This document shows, in pieces, positions 56,454 to 64,000 of a stretch of DNA of 64,000 nt. A model generated the notes under the pieces. It was not told the origin of the DNA. It did no database searches and worked only from the letters and a program-made list of their open reading frames with translations. The stretch is from Candidatus Omnitrophota bacterium (GTDB taxonomy: Bacteria; Omnitrophota; Omnitrophia; Omnitrophales; Aquincolibacteriaceae). The DNA lies in assembly GCA_016196545.1 (NCBI GenBank), contig JACPXM010000022.1, positions 5,064 to 69,063 on the forward strand, written 5' to 3'. The first letter of the stretch is position 1, and the number at the start of each line of letters is the position of its first letter. A program made the translations under genes and the position numbers.

Positions 56454-58553
56454 TTAAGCCGCTTGTTCGCCTATAATTTTTTCTGCAATTTGACGCGGTA
56501 CTTGCTGATAACTATGAGGCTCCATTGTGTAGGTTGCACGCCCCTGCGATAAAGAGCGAATGGCAGTTGCATAACCAAACATCTCTGAAAGAGGCACCAG
56601 ACCTTTGACGGCCTTTAAATGTCCTCGATTGCCCATTTCCTGGATCACACAGCGGCGGGAATTAAGATCGCCAATAATATCTCCCATGTATTCTTCGGGC
56701 ACAACCACTTCCACAAGCATAATCGGCTCGAGCAAAACAGGATTGGCCCGGCGAAAGGCGTCTTTAAAACCTAAAATTCCGGCCATTTTAAACGCAATTT
56801 CTGAGGAATCAACCTCGTGAAAACTGCCGTCAAAAACCGTAGCCCTAACATCTGTAACAGGATATCCCGCTAAAACTCCGTTAGAACAGGCGTCGTTAAC
56901 ACCGTCTTCGACTGCAGGGATATATTCACGAGGGATGGCACCGCCCACCACTTTATTTTCAAATTCGATTCCCTTGCCTCGTTCGAGGGGTTCAATCCTT
57001 AAGTAACAATGCCCGTATTGACCGCGACCGCCGGTCTGTTTGATAAATTTTCCCTCGGCTTCCGCCATACCTGTAATGGTCTCTTTATAGGCCACTTGGG
57101 GTTTGCCCACGTTGACTTGAACGTTGTATTCGCGTTTCATAATGTCAATTTTGATATCGAGATGGAGCTCGCCCATTCCGCCGATTAAGGTTTGAACCGT
57201 TTCCTGATCCGTTCTCACGCGAAAGGTGGGGTCTTCCGAAACCAGTTTTTGTATCGCATCCGACATCCGGTCGCGGTCGGCTTTGGTCTTGGGTTCTACG
57301 GCCATCCAGATAACGGGCTCGGGAACAAAAAGAGATTCCAAAACCACCGGATGAGCTTCGTCGCAAAGACTGTCCCCTGTCTTTACGTCTTTTAAACCCA
57401 CCGCCGCCACGATATTACCGGCACCGGCCTCTTCAATTTCTTCACGTTTGTTCGCGTGCATCAAAAGGAGTCGTCCAAGACGTTCTTTTTTTTGCGTGCG
57501 GGGATTATAAATATAAGAACTGGAGGATAAAACCCCTGAATAGATTCGAATGTACGTTAGACTGCCCACAAATTTATCCGAGGCAATTTTGAAGGCAAAG
57601 CAAGTCAAGGGCTCTTCTTCATCCGCATGCCTTTCGATTGCCGTATCATCATTGGGATTAATCCCTTTAATCGCAGGCACGTCTTTGGGGGATGGCAGAT
57701 AATCCACCACGGCATCCAAAATTTGCTGAACGCCTTTGTTTTTAAGCGCAGAGCCGACAATAACAGGCGTAACCTTTATCGCGATGGTTCCTTTTCGAAT
57801 TCCAGCCTTAATCTCGGCAACGGTGGGTTCCTGGCCCTCGATAAATTTATGCATTAAATGATCATCGTGCTCGGCCACTTTCTCAATCATGAATTCCCGA
57901 GCCTTTTTTGCCTGCTCCAGCATGTCCGCGGGAATTTCCGCCGTTTCATATTTCGCACCGAGCGATTCATCATTAAACACATAAGCCTTCATTTCCACAA
58001 GGTCAATCACGCCGCGGAATTTATCTTCACGGCCAAGAGGCAGCTGAATCGGTACCGCATTGGCTCCGAGCTGGTCTTTCATTTGCTGAAGATTGCGCTC
58101 AAATTCAGCTCCGGTGCGGTCCATCTTATTAATGAAGGCGATTCTCGGAACATGATAACGGTCCGCTTGACGCCAAACCGTTTCCGATTGAGGCTCCACG
58201 CCTTCAACAGCGCCGAACACCGCGACGCAACCGTCCAACACGCGCAGGGAACGTTCCACTTCTATCGTAAAATCGACGTGGCCGGGCGTATCAATAATAT
58301 TGATGCGGCAGTCGTGCCAAAAACAGGTCGTGGCGGCTGAGGTAATCGTGATCCCGCGCTCCTGCTCTTGAGCCATCCAATCCATGACCGCGGTACCTTC
58401 ATGCACTTCACCGATTTTATAGGTGCGGCCCGTGTAATAGAGAATGCGCTCCGTCGTGGTGGTCTTACCGGCATCAATATGAGCGGCAATTCCAATATTG
58501 CGAATTTTCTCTAAGGGATAATGGATTTTTTTTTGTTCTTCAGCCATAGTCAT
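56454..58553 (-). CDS. fusA: Elongation factor G
   Basis: 699-aa ORF with G domain ([27 protein letters not shown]) and EF-G domains II-V. Confidence 0.97.
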   Translation of the reverse strand: MTMAEEQKKIHYPLEKIRNIGIAAHIDAGKTTTTERILYYTGRTYKIGEVHEGTAVMDWMAQEQERGITITSAATTCFWHDCRINIIDTPGHVDFTIEVERSLRVLDGCVAVFGAVEGVEPQSETVWRQADRYHVPRIAFINKMDRTGAEFERNLQQMKDQLGANAVPIQLPLGREDKFRGVIDLVEMKAYVFNDESLGAKYETAEIPADMLEQAKKAREFMIEKVAEHDDHLMHKFIEGQEPTVAEIKAGIRKGTIAIKVTPVIVGSALKNKGVQQILDAVVDYLPSPKDVPAIKGINPNDDTAIERHADEEEPLTCFAFKIASDKFVGSLTYIRIYSGVLSSSSYIYNPRTQKKERLGRLLLMHANKREEIEEAGAGNIVAAVGLKDVKTGDSLCDEAHPVVLESLFVPEPVIWMAVEPKTKADRDRMSDAIQKLVSEDPTFRVRTDQETVQTLIGGMGELHLDIKIDIMKREYNVQVNVGKPQVAYKETITGMAEAEGKFIKQTGGRGQYGHCYLRIEPLERGKGIEFENKVVGGAIPREYIPAVEDGVNDACSNGVLAGYPVTDVRATVFDGSFHEVDSSEIAFKMAGILGFKDAFRRANPVLLEPIMLVEVVVPEEYMGDIIGDLNSRRCVIQEMGNRGHLKAVKGLVPLSEMFGYATAIRSLSQGRATYTMEPHSYQQVPRQIAEKIIGEQAA

Positions 58554-58559
58554 AAAACC

Positions 58560-59027
58560 TTACCATCGGTAATGCGCAAATGCGCGGTTGGATTCCGCCA
58601 TTTTGTGAGTATCTTCGCGTTTTTTAAAAGCCGATCCTGTTTTATTGTAAGCATCCAACAATTCGTCGGCGAGCTTCACGCGCATGGGCTTGCCTTTGCG
58701 CGATTTGGCGGCACCCCGCATCCATCGAATCGCAAGACCGCTGCCCCGCTCCGGACGCACGCTGACAGGCACCTGATAAGTTGCGCCGCCGACCCTTCTC
58801 GATTTTGTCTCTAGCAAAGGACGCACATTGTCGACAGCCCGCTTAAAAACTTCAAGGGGTTCCTTTCCTGTCTTTTCTTTTAAAATATCAAAAGCCCCAT
58901 AAACGATCTTTTCGGAAATCGATTTCTTGCCTCTTTCCATGACAAGATTGATCATTTTCGCAACCAAGTGGTCTCCGAACTTAGGATCCGGTAAAATTTC
59001 CCTTTTTTGTGCTCGACGACGACGCAT
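58560..59027 (-). CDS. rpsG: 30S ribosomal protein S7
   Basis: 155-aa [22 protein letters not shown].., ..AFAHYRW end. Confidence 0.96.
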   Translation of the reverse strand: MRRRRAQKREILPDPKFGDHLVAKMINLVMERGKKSISEKIVYGAFDILKEKTGKEPLEVFKRAVDNVRPLLETKSRRVGGATYQVPVSVRPERGSGLAIRWMRGAAKSRKGKPMRVKLADELLDAYNKTGSAFKKREDTHKMAESNRAFAHYRW

Positions 59028-59039
59028 GATTCCCTTTCT

Positions 59040-59440
59040 TTATTTGGCCTTAGCCGCGGCCGCGCCTGCTTTGGGAGTTTTTGCCCCATATTTAGAGCGC
59101 GACTTTTTGCGGTCTGCGACACCGGTGGTGTCCAGCTTGCCGCGGATAATATGATAACGAACACCGGGAAGATCTTTCACGCGGCCCCCCCGGACAAGAA
59201 CAATCGAATGCTCTTGAAGGTTATGGCCCACTCCCGGGATATAGGCCGTGACCTCCTGGCCGTTGGAAAGCCTGACGCGGGCAATTTTACGAAGCGCTGA
59301 ATTCGGTTTTTTAGGAGTCTGCGTTCTTACAATCAAACAGACCCCCCGGCGAAAGGGCGCCCCGTGAAGCGCAGGCGCTTTTGTTTTGCGTTTAAATTTT
59401 TTTCTTCCAAATCGAATTAACTGATTAATCGTGGGTGCCA

Positions 59441-59441
<1 letters not shown>
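59040..59441 (-). CDS. rpsL: 30S ribosomal protein S12
   Basis: 133-aa [17 protein letters not shown].., ..[10 protein letters not shown]... TAATG overlap with the rpoC stop. Confidence 0.96.

Positions 59442-64000
<4,559 letters not shown>

Noticed and set aside
56491-56502. Possible third copy of the double-hairpin repeat inside fusA (12-nt match TGACGCGGTACT)
   Set aside because: Only 12 nt match, with no flanking similarity or hairpin partner. A single 12-mer hit for a 44-nt query in 128 kb of two-strand sequence is within chance expectation.

Overview
This 64-kb window comes from a diderm (Gram-negative-type) bacterium with mid-range GC by eye. It is almost entirely core housekeeping genes, and all but three features (tRNA-Gln, a ZIP transporter, a small HTH ORF) lie on the minus strand. 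In transcription order from high to low coordinates the blocks are as follows. (1) rpoB (3' end)-rpoC runs directly into rpsL-rpsG-fusA, then the S10, spc and alpha ribosomal-protein operons (no tuf, no rpmD), then an aminotransferase and a short mfd. (2) surA-like, pdxA and rsmA. (3) gatC-gatA-gatB, followed by a secreted DUF1016N-SNase nuclease, a small membrane protein, tsaD and an MgtC-like gene. (4) hisG, a 32-aa bS22-like ORF that the ORF track missed, ispE, tRNA-Gln(UUG), clpX, two sugar-ABC permeases, glmU, prs, rplY and pth. (5) rpsF-ssb-rpsR-rplI-dnaB. (6) bamA-skp-lpxC/fabZ-lpxA-lpxI. (7) A nitrogen-control cluster: GAF/sigma-54 activator, amt, PII, glnA and glnE. I found no rRNA, CRISPR array, transposase, integrase or recognisable defence system, so I cannot point to one clear novel system. 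The items most worth a second look are listed here. (a) An ~85-nt double-hairpin repeat with complementary loops occurs twice, once wedged between rplV and rpsC. (b) An in-frame, mostly synonymously diverged duplicate of the gatB 3' end overlaps the start of the nuclease gene. (c) GC-rich palindromic in-frame inserts sit in tsaD and glmU. (d) GlnE carries two N-terminal ACT-like domains. (e) A 632-aa mini-Mfd lacks domains D1a/D1b/D3 and D7. (f) A long hairpin buries the ispE start, next to the bS22-like ORF. (g) A textbook sigma-54 promoter with an upstream palindrome precedes amt. All protein calls rest on motif and family recognition by eye plus gene context. No database search was possible. 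Where a start differs from the ORF track I re-derived it from the sequence.
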